Source: a virus. Taken from it: 44,360 nucleotides of DNA. Position 1 is the first letter of the stretch. Each line of letters starts with the position of its first letter. This document shows positions 33,652 to 42,381 of this stretch, piece after piece. The notes beneath the pieces were generated by a model. That model ran no database searches and was not told where the DNA came from. It was given only the letters and a program-made list of their open reading frames with translations. A program made the translations under genes and the position numbers. Location of the stretch: UHGV virus genome UHGV-0173177, one strand, 5' to 3'.

Positions 33652-33849
33652 ATGAGTAACGTATCGACGATAGAAATAACCGAGGAACTTGAAGCTAAAT
33701 GCATCGCGTCTGCTATGGGTGGGGATTCGGTGGAAAAACTACAGATGAGGGCCGCTGCGGGCTACATACGTAGAGCTAATTCCGCGATGACTGATGTTTT
33801 ACGTAAACGTTACCTCGTGAAAGCGTTAGAAATCCTGGAGAATAACTAA
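33652..33849 (+). CDS. hypothetical protein (65 aa)
   Basis: First ORF after the promoter at 33590; GGAG RBS. Confidence 0.5.
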   Translation: MSNVSTIEITEELEAKCIASAMGGDSVEKLQMRAAAGYIRRANSAMTDVLRKRYLVKALEILENN

Positions 33850-33998
33850 TGAAAATCACGGATATCGAAGCATTCAAAGACGCACAACTGATGGCGCGCA
33901 TCGCCGTTAGTAACCTGAGCAACAGCATTCCCGCGGACGCGTTCTGGTTCGCTGCAATGCAGACACTGAAAGCAGCTTATGCAGGAGAGAAGAAATGA
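33849..33998 (+). CDS. small hypothetical protein (49 aa)
   Basis: Hand-translated; TAATG and ATGA overlaps with neighbours. Confidence 0.3.
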   Translation: MKITDIEAFKDAQLMARIAVSNLSNSIPADAFWFAAMQTLKAAYAGEKK

Positions 33999-34153
33999 GC
34001 GAACACGGTGAAGTAAGCCAACCCTTACGAGTAGGCCGTAAAGTCAGTCACACCCCGTTCCCGACACGCGAGGAACTGATGAAACGTAACAGTTTCCCGG
34101 GACCGGACAAGAACAAGTATCTCAATCGCATGTGGGGAGAGCGTAAAGAATGA
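33995..34153 (+). CDS. small hypothetical protein (52 aa)
   Basis: Hand-translated; AGGAG RBS; ATGA coupling on both sides. Confidence 0.3.
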   Translation: MSEHGEVSQPLRVGRKVSHTPFPTREELMKRNSFPGPDKNKYLNRMWGERKE

Positions 34154-34368
34154 AAAAGTATAAATTCATAATTGGTGACAATCTTATGTATAACTCAACC
34201 CATTTGCGCCGTGTCCGTTGGTACAATCTACTATTTGTACGTGCAGGATTAGTTAACGTTATTGAGTGGGAGGGCATTGAGTCTGACGTTAAGGTGGCGG
34301 AGGGTTTTGCGCGCTTGTACTTCAAGAAACGCGGCATGACACCGCATGTTATGGGGCACGAGTTATGA
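34150..34368 (+). CDS. hypothetical protein (72 aa)
   Basis: Track ORF; ATGA coupling. Confidence 0.45.
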   Translation: MKKYKFIIGDNLMYNSTHLRRVRWYNLLFVRAGLVNVIEWEGIESDVKVAEGFARLYFKKRGMTPHVMGHEL

Positions 34369-34610
34369 CCGACCGTGAATACGAAAAGATGATGGTAGAG
34401 GCTGTTAACGGCGGCGTAGACATCGGTCGCGTGATGCACGTCCTGAATACTAAAATCGCGGTAGCGGAGCAAATGGTTGAGTCGCTCTATGAGACACGCC
34501 GTGAACTGATTAACCGCTTCAACCTGAACAAGTGCGAACATAAGTTCGACTACAATCCGAAAGATATGTGCGGCCAGTGTGTTAAATGTGGGGTACAGAG
34601 ACATGCCTAA
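34365..34610 (+). CDS. hypothetical protein (81 aa) with C-terminal Cys cluster
   Basis: …CEHKFDYNPKDMCGQCVKCG… suggests a small zinc-binding motif. Confidence 0.45.
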   Translation: MTDREYEKMMVEAVNGGVDIGRVMHVLNTKIAVAEQMVESLYETRRELINRFNLNKCEHKFDYNPKDMCGQCVKCGVQRHA

Positions 34611-34806
34611 AATCACAATCGCATCACTCGAGCGCCGTATCCTGGTGCTTGAGTCTGAGAAACAGACGTTAGGCGGACAACTGTCAATTAACGGTGAGTT
34701 TCAACTGGAGGCGTTTAAGTTGTTGCTCGTGAAATTGAAGGAAGAAGAGCAGAAGCTACTACTTTCCCCTGAGTTCGATTACGGTGTTGACGATGAAAGC
34801 GCCTGA
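34603..34806 (+). CDS. hypothetical coiled-coil protein (67 aa)
   Basis: ATG 34603 (track GTG start 34579 overlaps the upstream gene). Confidence 0.4.
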   Translation: MPKITIASLERRILVLESEKQTLGGQLSINGEFQLEAFKLLLVKLKEEEQKLLLSPEFDYGVDDESA

Positions 34807-34975
34807 GCCAGTAGTTATCGATGACGTCCTGTGGAAACCTTACTCGGTTAACCACATCGACGCCGACGGGAAGAAGTTCAGCTTCTACATTTTTGCAATT
34901 AGCCGTGAACACGCCGCTTGTGTGGTCGACGATATACGAGAAACGGCGTGGCTCGGTGATGAGATAGTGGGGTGA
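34793..34975 (+). CDS. hypothetical protein (60 aa)
   Basis: ATG 34793 (track ORF begins at GTG 34784). Confidence 0.4.
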   Translation: MKAPEPVVIDDVLWKPYSVNHIDADGKKFSFYIFAISREHAACVVDDIRETAWLGDEIVG

Positions 34976-34979
34976 GAGT

Positions 34980-35210
34980 ATGTTTCACGAACTAAAGATA
35001 TTACCTGAGCATTTTGAACCTGTTATGGTAGGAATCAAGCTGGCGGAACTGCGATTAAACGACCGCGATTTCAAGGAAGACGACACTCTGTGCCTGCGAG
35101 AATACGAAAACGGTGAATACACAGGCCGTATCGTTTACCGCCGCGTTATTCATGTTGCGGACGTAGGTGCTTACCTGCCTGGATACGTGCTATTAAGTAT
35201 GGAGGATTGA
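34980..35210 (+). CDS. ASCH-like (DUF3850-type) small protein
   Basis: MFHELKILPEHFEPVMVGIKLAELRLNDRDFKEDDTLCLREYENGEYTGR… matches the recalled DUF3850 pattern. Confidence 0.45.
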   Translation: MFHELKILPEHFEPVMVGIKLAELRLNDRDFKEDDTLCLREYENGEYTGRIVYRRVIHVADVGAYLPGYVLLSMED

Positions 35211-35212
35211 TT

Positions 35213-35383
35213 ATGTTCAGTGACATTAACGCAGCAATAGAAGAAGCAATCTGGCGCCGGTACAACGGCGATCAACAACGGCACTTCTGCCTGGTGCAGC
35301 GCGGTAACATGATTGCCGTAGTGCAGGACCGCGATAATAAATACCCAAATGCAATGTGGACGACGAGGAATTTCTTAGGATGA
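35213..35383 (+). CDS. small hypothetical protein (56 aa)
   Basis: Hand-translated; GGAGG RBS 6 nt upstream; ATGA overlap with the next gene. Confidence 0.3.
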   Translation: MFSDINAAIEEAIWRRYNGDQQRHFCLVQRGNMIAVVQDRDNKYPNAMWTTRNFLG

Positions 35384-35616
35384 TTACCAGCATTCCGAAC
35401 CTGATTAAAGAATTTGGCACGATGGCCGAGACATGCCGACAAACCGGCCTCAACGAAATGACGATTGCGAAGTACAGTAAAGACGTTAACTGTGAGCGCC
35501 ACGTAATTTATAACAACCGTCTCATGACGCACGTTAAGACAAGCCCTGTGTTATTCACCCGCCGGGGTATCACTAAAACTGAGCAACGTATCGCACGAGA
35601 GGAGGGTGATGTATGA
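35380..35616 (+). CDS. hypothetical protein (78 aa)
   Basis: ATG 35380 (track ORF 35356 trimmed); ATGA coupling. Confidence 0.4.
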   Translation: MITSIPNLIKEFGTMAETCRQTGLNEMTIAKYSKDVNCERHVIYNNRLMTHVKTSPVLFTRRGITKTEQRIAREEGDV

Positions 35617-35768
35617 AAAAGTTAACGGTGTACTGGAAGACAGGCGCTACATCAGAACTTGATGTTTTCAGCGTAACGCAATGTGAGAAGTTCTGGTACG
35701 CCGAAACATTCAACGGTGAAGTGAGAATCCCGTTAGCACTGGTAGACGGCGGATATATCACCGGGTAA
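35613..35768 (+). CDS. small hypothetical protein (51 aa)
   Basis: Hand-translated; GGAGGG RBS; last ORF before the terminator at 35779. Confidence 0.3.
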   Translation: MKKLTVYWKTGATSELDVFSVTQCEKFWYAETFNGEVRIPLALVDGGYITG

Positions 35769-35778
35769 CCGACCATCA

Positions 35779-35801
35779 AGCCCTCTACGGAGGGCTTTTC
35801 T
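35779..35801 (+). terminator. intrinsic terminator separating the small-gene block from the packaging/head operon
   Basis: AGCCCTC-tacg-GAGGGCT followed by TTTTC. Confidence 0.6.
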
Positions 35802-35830
35802 GTACATCCAGCCCAATCCCCTTATATAAT
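35801..35830 (+). promoter_or_regulatory. candidate promoter for the packaging/head operon (perfect -10 TATAAT, weak -35)
   Basis: TATAAT at 35825-35830 with TGTACA 18 bp upstream; inverted repeats CGTCTGA…TCAGACG at 35851-35878 lie in the leader. Confidence 0.3.
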
Positions 35831-35895
35831 CCCTTTAGACGCGTAGGGCGCGTCTGATGCGCTCTGATGGTCAGACGCATATGTCAGGGGGTTAT

Positions 35896-36441
35896 ATGAA
35901 ACTTACACTTAAGCAACCATCACCTGAGGTGGTGCAAGCTGCACATGAAGAGGCTGTTAGTGCCAACCGTCGCCGTAAACGACCGCGCGGTAAACAGAGT
36001 CTTTATCAATCATCCCGTAATTCCGCCGCGTTGTGGGACCCGGACTATTGCGACGCGTTAATCGAGTTCTTCGACCGCACGTCTTGGGAGCTTGTGCCTA
36101 CGTCTAAGGGTGACGAACGCCCGTTGATTCAGGATAAACCCCCGTCACTGGCCCGCTTCGCCTTACATATCGGCGTCACTATCCCTATTATTAAGCTGTG
36201 GCTGCGCGAGATTCCCGCATTTGCAGAAGCCTGGGAAACCGCTCAGGCGCTGGAAGAGGCGTATTTCACTGAGACAGGCGCTGCCGGTATCTCCGCTACG
36301 TTTGCTGCGGCTAAGCTGGGCTTAAGCAAAGAGAAACCTGTTGAATCCTCCGAAGAAACTGCGCCGACTGAGATTGTGTTCACCGTAGCGGAGCCGGTAG
36401 GTAAAATCGTTACCACGAACATGGGTGAGGTAGGGGAATGA
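35896..36441 (+). CDS. terminase small subunit (putative)
   Basis: About 180 aa, immediately upstream of and ATGA-coupled to the large terminase gene; basic N-terminal region; start assumed at ATG 35896. Confidence 0.5.
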   Translation: MKLTLKQPSPEVVQAAHEEAVSANRRRKRPRGKQSLYQSSRNSAALWDPDYCDALIEFFDRTSWELVPTSKGDERPLIQDKPPSLARFALHIGVTIPIIKLWLREIPAFAEAWETAQALEEAYFTETGAAGISATFAAAKLGLSKEKPVESSEETAPTEIVFTVAEPVGKIVTTNMGEVGE

Positions 36442-37688
36442 GTATTCAGCTATCCGCTCCTCAGGCGCTGTTCCTTAACTGCGATAACAAATACAAGGCC
36501 TATGTCGGTGGCTTCGGTAGCGGTAAGACGTTTGTTGGCTGTCTGGACCTGCTTACATTCATGCTTAAGCACCCCGGTACGCGCCTTGGTTACTTCGGCC
36601 CGACCTACCCGGCTATCCGCGACATCTTCTACCCGACATTCGAGGAAGCTGCTAACCTCCTGGGCCTTGATGTGCTGGTTAAATCCGGCGACAAAGAGGT
36701 CGTCGTTGCGAGAGGTAAGACAGTAATCGGTACAGTAATCTGCCGTTCGATGGATAACCCAGGCTCTATCGTCGGTTTCAAAATAGCCGCGGCGGTCGTT
36801 GATGAACTGGACGTTCTGAGCCGCGAGAAAGCGGAACTGGCGTGGAACAAAATCGTAGCCCGTATGCGTCTGGTTATCCCTGGAGTGGTAAACCACATCT
36901 CCGTTACCACGACACCGGAGGGATTCAAGTTCGTCTATGCCAAGTTCAAAGAGAACCCGACACCTAGCTACTCGATGGTGCAGGCTTCCACACACGAGAA
37001 TGCGCGGTTCCTCCCGCCGGATTACATTAGCTCGCTGACCGAGACTTACCCCGCGCAGCTGATTAACGCGTATCTTAACGGGGAGTTCGTCAACCTGACA
37101 TCCGGCAGCGTGTATTACGCCTACGACCGGCGCAAGCACCGCAGCAAAGAGACAATTCAACCTGGTGACACTTTGTACATCGGCCAGGACTTCAACGTTA
37201 CGAAGAATGCAAGCGCCGTGTATGTGCAACGTAAAGACGGCTGGCACGCAGTAGCAGAACTGAAAGGTCTGTTCGATACGCCGGATACCGTGCGCGTAAT
37301 TACAGAGAAGTGGAAGTCACAAGGCCACCGCATCGTCGTTTACCCCGACGCCAGCGGCAAGAACCGCAAGACCAACTCGGCGTCCATCTCTGACATCGCC
37401 TTACTACAGCAGGCTGGTTTCGATGTACGGGCTAAATCAGCCAACCCGCCAGTTAAAGACCGTGTTTTAGCAGTGAATACCGCACTGGAAAAAGGTAAGC
37501 TGTGGGTTAATGACCACTTATGCCCTGAGATAGCGAAGACGCTGGAGCAGCAGGCTTACGACGATAACGGGGAGCCATCCAAAGACGGCATCATAGACCA
37601 TATGGCGGATGCTCTCGGCTATCCTGTAGTTTACGAGATGCCGGTGGTTAAACCAGTAATCAACATCCCGGTGACTTTTGCACTTTAA
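36438..37688 (+). CDS. terminase large subunit
   Basis: Walker A YVGGFGSGKTF, Walker B AAVVDELD, C-terminal nuclease-like half; 416 aa. Confidence 0.85.
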   Translation: MSIQLSAPQALFLNCDNKYKAYVGGFGSGKTFVGCLDLLTFMLKHPGTRLGYFGPTYPAIRDIFYPTFEEAANLLGLDVLVKSGDKEVVVARGKTVIGTVICRSMDNPGSIVGFKIAAAVVDELDVLSREKAELAWNKIVARMRLVIPGVVNHISVTTTPEGFKFVYAKFKENPTPSYSMVQASTHENARFLPPDYISSLTETYPAQLINAYLNGEFVNLTSGSVYYAYDRRKHRSKETIQPGDTLYIGQDFNVTKNASAVYVQRKDGWHAVAELKGLFDTPDTVRVITEKWKSQGHRIVVYPDASGKNRKTNSASISDIALLQQAGFDVRAKSANPPVKDRVLAVNTALEKGKLWVNDHLCPEIAKTLEQQAYDDNGEPSKDGIIDHMADALGYPVVYEMPVVKPVINIPVTFAL

Positions 37689-37700
37689 GAGGATTATTCA

Positions 37701-39182
37701 ATGTTAACTATGAACGGTCAGAATCAGGGTGTTAAGACAAAACACCGGGAATGGCTGCATCACTTCGATAAATGGCAGAAGGTACGCCACGCTCTGGAAG
37801 GCGACCTTATTCGTTATCTGCGCAATGTCGGGAAGAACGAGCCGGACCCGACCTACGCGGCACAGCGGCAGGAAGAATACGAGAACGGCGCTATCTGCTA
37901 CAACTTCACCAAGCGCACTCTGGCGGGGATGGTGGGGTCGGTGATGCGCAAAGACCCAGAGCAGATTATTCCGCCTGAACTGGAGTACCTGTTACGCAAT
38001 GCGGACGGTTCCGGTGTCGGGCTGTGGCAGCACGCGCAAGACACTCTTATGGAAATTGACTCGGTAGGCCGTGGCGGGTTGCTGGTCGACGCCCCGGAGA
38101 CCGCCGCCGCAACGGCAGCAGAGCAGAACGCAGGATTATTAAACCCGGTCATCGCTTTCTATACCGCAGAGAACATCATCAACTGGCGACTGACCCGCAT
38201 CGGTTCGGTTAACCGTGTGACAATGGTCGTGCTGCGTGAGGTGTGGGAATACTCAGAACCTGGCGCAGAGTTTGAAACCAAGTTCGGTGGGCAATACCGT
38301 GTCCTTGACCTGATTGACAGCCGCTATCGCCAGCGCATATACCGTTTCGATGCCGAAGGTGGTGCGCAGGGCGAAGTAATCGAAATATTCCCTGAACTTG
38401 GCGAACAGTTACGCGGCAAAATCCCGTTCACGTTCATCGGGGCAAGCAACAACGATGCCACCATCGACGACGCACCTTTGCTACCGTTAGCTGAGCTGAA
38501 TATCGGGCATTTCCGTAACAGCGCGGACAATGAAGAGTCCAGTTTCGTTGTAGGCCAGCCCACTCTGTTCATCGCCCCGGGCGAGAACATGAGCATGGAA
38601 CAGTGGAAAGAGGCCAACCCACACGGCGTGCGCATGGGGTCTCGTTCAGGCCATAACATCGGGTACGGCGGCAACGCGTTTCTGGTTCAGGCAGGGGAGA
38701 ACAACCTGGCTAAGCAGAACATGCTGGATAAAGAGAATCAGGCCATCCAGATTGGCGCGCAGCTTATCACCCCGACGCAGCAAATAACCGCTGAATCGGC
38801 CCGCCTGCAACGTGGTGCGGATACGTCTGTTATGGCGACAATCGCACGTAACGTAAGCATGGCGTACACCGATTCGTTGCGCTGGGTGGCTGCGATGCTA
38901 GGGTTGCGTGAAGGCACAGAGATTGAGTTCAAACTTAACATGGAGTTCTTCCTGCAACCGATGACCGCTCAGGACCGCGCTCAGTGGATGGCGGACATTA
39001 ACGCTGGCTTGTTACCCGCCACTGCTTATTACGCCGCGCTGCGTAAGGCTGGCGTAACCGACTGGACCGACGAGGACATTCAGAACGCTATTGAGGATGC
39101 GCCGCTGCCGTTGGGTGCGGTTACTCAGGTGACAGGCGAGATTCCGCAGGAGGCGCAGCAACAAGACGCCACTCAGCAGTAA
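37701..39182 (+). CDS. portal protein
   Basis: 493-aa ORF with GAGGA RBS directly downstream of the large terminase gene. Confidence 0.65.
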   Translation: MLTMNGQNQGVKTKHREWLHHFDKWQKVRHALEGDLIRYLRNVGKNEPDPTYAAQRQEEYENGAICYNFTKRTLAGMVGSVMRKDPEQIIPPELEYLLRNADGSGVGLWQHAQDTLMEIDSVGRGGLLVDAPETAAATAAEQNAGLLNPVIAFYTAENIINWRLTRIGSVNRVTMVVLREVWEYSEPGAEFETKFGGQYRVLDLIDSRYRQRIYRFDAEGGAQGEVIEIFPELGEQLRGKIPFTFIGASNNDATIDDAPLLPLAELNIGHFRNSADNEESSFVVGQPTLFIAPGENMSMEQWKEANPHGVRMGSRSGHNIGYGGNAFLVQAGENNLAKQNMLDKENQAIQIGAQLITPTQQITAESARLQRGADTSVMATIARNVSMAYTDSLRWVAAMLGLREGTEIEFKLNMEFFLQPMTAQDRAQWMADINAGLLPATAYYAALRKAGVTDWTDEDIQNAIEDAPLPLGAVTQVTGEIPQEAQQQDATQQ

Positions 39183-39192
39183 GTTCACATAT

Positions 39193-39214
39193 AGCCCCGA
39201 AAGGGGCTTTCTTA
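39193..39214 (+). terminator. intrinsic terminator/attenuator between portal and head-morphogenesis genes
   Basis: AGCCCC-gaaa-GGGGCT followed by TTCTTAT (interrupted T-run, so likely partial). Confidence 0.45.
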
Positions 39215-39218
39215 TAGT

Positions 39219-40295
39219 ATGCTATTAACTTTAGCGTCACAGGGTTTATCTATGAGCTTACTTACATCCCTAATCAGCCACCAGATATGGCTGCAACGCA
39301 CCGCATCCGGTGAAGTGAAAGACCTCGCACCGTTCCTTCAGGAGATGCGGGACGAAATCAAACGGCAGGTGCTGTTATTCGGCGACGACGGGCGAAGCAC
39401 CGCGCGACTGAATAAACTGTTACGCGACCTTGAAGAAGCACTTACCGCGCTTACCGGTGACTGGCAAACGAAGCTGACAGAAGACCTTAAGGAGCTGGCC
39501 GCGTATGAGGCTGAGTGGAACGTAAAGACACTGGCAACCAACGTTAACGCGGAATTTGTTACGCCTACCGCCGAACAAGTGTGGGCCGCTGCTGAGTTTC
39601 AACCGCTCTCACTGAGCGACAAGCCAGTTGATTTCGTGAAGCTGATGGAAGGCTGGGGTGAAACGGAAGTATCGCGCCTTGTAACCGGCGTTAAGATGGG
39701 CTTTGTACAAGGTCAAACCACACGGCAGATTGTTAAGAATGTTGTAGGTGCTGGTGGGCTGGCGGACATCTCTGAACGCAACGCGGCTACGGTAATCCGC
39801 ACCGCGCTTTCCCATGTATCAAACGAAGCCCGTAACGAGACGTACCGTCAGAACGACGACATCATCGAGAAATACGAGTGGGTGTCAACGCTGGACAGCC
39901 GTACCAGTACGATTTGCAGAGCCAGAGACGGAATGACATGGGAAATTGGTAAAGGGCCGATGCCCCCCGCCCATCCGAACTGTCGGTCGTGCACGGCGCC
40001 AGTAATCAGTTCCGAGTTCGACTTCCTAGATAAAGGTGCAAAACGCGCGGCTAAGGGTGCGGACGGCGGTATGCAGGTAAGCGCAGACACCACCTATTAC
40101 GAGTTCCTGAAACAGCAACCGGCATGGTTCGTGGATGAAGCACTCGGCCCGGTGCGGGGTAAGATTTTCCGCAACAGCGGTATATCGCCGGAAGAGTTTC
40201 GCGTAATATCTGTAGATGGTTTCGGGAATCCGCTGACGCTTAAGCAGATGGCGGAACTCGATAAACGTGTTGCTGATTATCTGAAAGGGGAATAA
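39219..40295 (+). CDS. head morphogenesis protein (SPP1 gp7 / Mu F-like)
   Basis: C-terminal region …TLDSRTSTICRARDGMTWEIGKGPMPPAHPNCRSCTAP matches the Mu F / SPP1 gp7 family signature; start uncertain (39219 or 39252). Confidence 0.6.
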   Translation: MLLTLASQGLSMSLLTSLISHQIWLQRTASGEVKDLAPFLQEMRDEIKRQVLLFGDDGRSTARLNKLLRDLEEALTALTGDWQTKLTEDLKELAAYEAEWNVKTLATNVNAEFVTPTAEQVWAAAEFQPLSLSDKPVDFVKLMEGWGETEVSRLVTGVKMGFVQGQTTRQIVKNVVGAGGLADISERNAATVIRTALSHVSNEARNETYRQNDDIIEKYEWVSTLDSRTSTICRARDGMTWEIGKGPMPPAHPNCRSCTAPVISSEFDFLDKGAKRAAKGADGGMQVSADTTYYEFLKQQPAWFVDEALGPVRGKIFRNSGISPEEFRVISVDGFGNPLTLKQMAELDKRVADYLKGE

Positions 40296-40756
40296 TGATG
40301 GGCTTTTTCAAAGTAACTGATGTGCTGTCACGTCGTGTAGTCCAGTACGCCCGCGTGTCTGGCTCTGGCGAGAACGTGGTATTTATCGAAGATGAAAGTG
40401 TACTGGGTACACCAGTAGACGATATGCCGTTTGCGGATAAAACCGGTATTGCGTTGCCAGCCGCGGGTATGCTTTATGAAATTCCGTATCTGGCTGACGC
40501 AGGCGACGTGTACTTCTCGGCGCAACCGCAGGACGCTGAACTGGCGGACGGCAGCGCAACTATCACTGTCGAAGTTAAGGCGGGCAAAGCGCCGTATGCT
40601 CTTACCTGGTACAAAGACGGTAAGGAAGTTGTAAACGCACCTGAAGAGGCCTTGTCTCTGACGGTTAACGCAGCAGGTGAATACTTCGTTAAAGTCACCG
40701 ATGCCGGTGGCGTAGAGGCCGTCAGTAAAGCGGCGAAGGTAACTAAGCCAGAATGA
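40295..40756 (+). CDS. Ig-like domain protein (possible capsid decoration/accessory protein)
   Basis: C-terminal ~80 aa has the Ig pattern …YALTWYKDGKEV…AGEYFVKVTDAGG…; paralogous to the domain in 43493-43831. Confidence 0.45.
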   Translation: MMGFFKVTDVLSRRVVQYARVSGSGENVVFIEDESVLGTPVDDMPFADKTGIALPAAGMLYEIPYLADAGDVYFSAQPQDAELADGSATITVEVKAGKAPYALTWYKDGKEVVNAPEEALSLTVNAAGEYFVKVTDAGGVEAVSKAAKVTKPE

Positions 40757-40760
40757 TAAA

Positions 40761-40783
40761 AAGCCCCGTTAAGGGGCTTTTTA
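40761..40783 (+). terminator. intrinsic terminator
   Basis: AAGCCCC-gtta-AGGGGCTT followed by TTTT. Confidence 0.7.
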
Positions 40784-40832
40784 GTGCCTGTGATTATTCC
40801 AGTTATTCCACTAAATTGTAAATGTTGGAATA

Positions 40833-40848
40833 AACTATTCGAATAGTT
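40833..40848. promoter_or_regulatory. perfect 16-bp palindrome AACTATTCGAATAGTT, overlapping a promoter-like -35 (TTGACT, 40847-40852)
   Basis: Read directly; half-sites CTATT/AATAG are those of the promoter-associated palindrome family, in everted arrangement. Confidence 0.5.
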
Positions 40849-41055
40849 GACTTTTCACTGAAAATATGATAAGCTCCACCTGAGCTTGTGAAGTATGAAC
40901 AAGCGACCGCGGCGCGGGCAGGTAACGGAGCGGGACGTAAGTCCTGAGTGTAGTTACGCTGACGCGTTCGGAAGGGCCATACTCTATTGCTTGTGTAAAA
41001 AGTAACTGGTTTACTGAGATTACGCCGTTTCTATGTTTAAATGATAAGGACTAGC

Positions 41056-41080
41056 GCCCCGCTTTATGGCGGGGCTTTAC
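41056..41080 (+). terminator. candidate intrinsic terminator closing the 40.8-41.1 kb non-coding unit
   Basis: GCCCCGC-tttatg-GCGGGGC followed by TTTACTTAT (interrupted T-run). Confidence 0.4.
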
Positions 41081-41099
41081 TTATCGAGAAAGGAGAAAC

Positions 41100-41486
41100 A
41101 TGAATCTTAAAGCAACTGTCGTAGCGGGAGCATGTTTCATCATCCTGGCTTACGCACACGGCATCTACCAGTATCGCAGCGGCTGGAACGAAGGCCGGGC
41201 GAATCTCGTTTCGCAGCAACAGCATGAAGCACAAGCTGAGTTAGCGAAGAAAACACAACGGCAGCAGCAGGATGAATCAAAGGCCGCCGCCGCCGACAAC
41301 GAAGGCAAGACGAAATCAGAGGTCATTACCCGTGAAGTCGTTAAGTACATTAAAACGCCTGGTCGCAGCGTGTGCACTTTCGATGATGCTCGCGTCCTGC
41401 TCAAGTCCCGAGCCGTCGCAAACGCCAATTCCATACCCGGATACGACAATGATGCAGCCGCCGTGCAAACTGGCCGCACCAAGTAG
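41100..41486 (+). CDS. Rz: Rz-like inner-membrane spanin
   Basis: 128 aa; N-terminal transmembrane helix, Gln/Ala/Lys-rich coiled-coil middle, periplasmic Cys; AAGGAG RBS; contains a +1-frame lipoprotein ORF. Confidence 0.55.
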   Translation: MNLKATVVAGACFIILAYAHGIYQYRSGWNEGRANLVSQQQHEAQAELAKKTQRQQQDESKAAAADNEGKTKSEVITREVVKYIKTPGRSVCTFDDARVLLKSRAVANANSIPGYDNDAAAVQTGRTK

Positions 41487-41595
41487 CGATGCCGACGAGG
41501 ATTTGGCTATCGACGTCCAGAACGCCGAATGTGTACGGCAACTGAGGCTGAAAGTGTTCATGTTGCAGGATTACGTGAGGAATATTCTGGAATAG
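41332..41595 (+). CDS. Rz1: Rz1-like outer-membrane lipoprotein spanin, overlapping Rz in the +1 frame
   Basis: GTG 41332 with GAGG upstream; signal peptide ending in lipobox LASC; Pro-rich mature region CSSPEPSQTPIPYPD…. Confidence 0.5.
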   Translation: MKSLSTLKRLVAACALSMMLASCSSPEPSQTPIPYPDTTMMQPPCKLAAPSSDADEDLAIDVQNAECVRQLRLKVFMLQDYVRNILE

Positions 41596-41677
41596 TTGCC
41601 TTGCATGTTGGAATAATTTATTCTTGACATGTAAATCCGGGCGGCCCGGGTTCCAACGTCCAGGGGACATACTGACT

Positions 41678-42379
41678 ATGAATCGTTTTTTACGTTATCC
41701 GTTCCAGGAAGAAGCTGGAGCAGAAGATAAAGCTGGTGGCGGTGACGCACCAAAAATGTTCACCGCTGAAGAAGTTCAGGCGCTGATTGAGAAAGAAGTT
41801 GCCGGGCTTAAGGCAAATCAGGAAGCGTTGCTGGCGGAGAAGAAAGAAGCCGCTCGCAAAGCAAAAGAGGCCGAAGAACAACGGCAGCGCGCGCACCAGG
41901 AGGCGTTAAAGGCTGCTGGTAAGATGGACGAGTTCGAAAAAACGATTCGTAGCCAGTATGACCCGGTGTTAGCCGAGAAAGATGGTCGCATCTCCAAAAT
42001 GGCGGAGCGCATCCTCGGCAGCGAACGTAAAGCGGTGTTAGGCTCTTTTGCGGGTGACTTTATTACCCCGGAAGCAGCGGACATTCTTGCACCGTTCGTC
42101 AAGACTGAGTTCGAAGGTGATGATGTGGTTACTAAGTTTGTCGGCCCAGACGGCAACGTAATCACGACTGACCCGGAACAGTTCCGCAAATACCTGCGCG
42201 AACACAAAGCGTTTTCGCATTTGATTAAAGCAAATGCAGCTTCCGGCGGCGGGGCTTCCGGTAGCAAAGGCGGCGGGGCCGCACCAGCGTTTAAAGACAT
42301 GAGTGAAGCAGAGCGTTTAGCCCTGTATAAATCGAACCCTGCCGAATTTGAACGGCAACTTAAAGCCCTGAGGAAATAA
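41678..42379 (+). CDS. scaffolding protein (putative)
   Basis: ~230 aa, Ala/Glu/Lys-rich and helical, immediately upstream of the major capsid gene; track TTG start 41624 trimmed to ATG 41678. Confidence 0.5.
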   Translation: MNRFLRYPFQEEAGAEDKAGGGDAPKMFTAEEVQALIEKEVAGLKANQEALLAEKKEAARKAKEAEEQRQRAHQEALKAAGKMDEFEKTIRSQYDPVLAEKDGRISKMAERILGSERKAVLGSFAGDFITPEAADILAPFVKTEFEGDDVVTKFVGPDGNVITTDPEQFRKYLREHKAFSHLIKANAASGGGASGSKGGGAAPAFKDMSEAERLALYKSNPAEFERQLKALRK

Positions 42380-42381
42380 TA

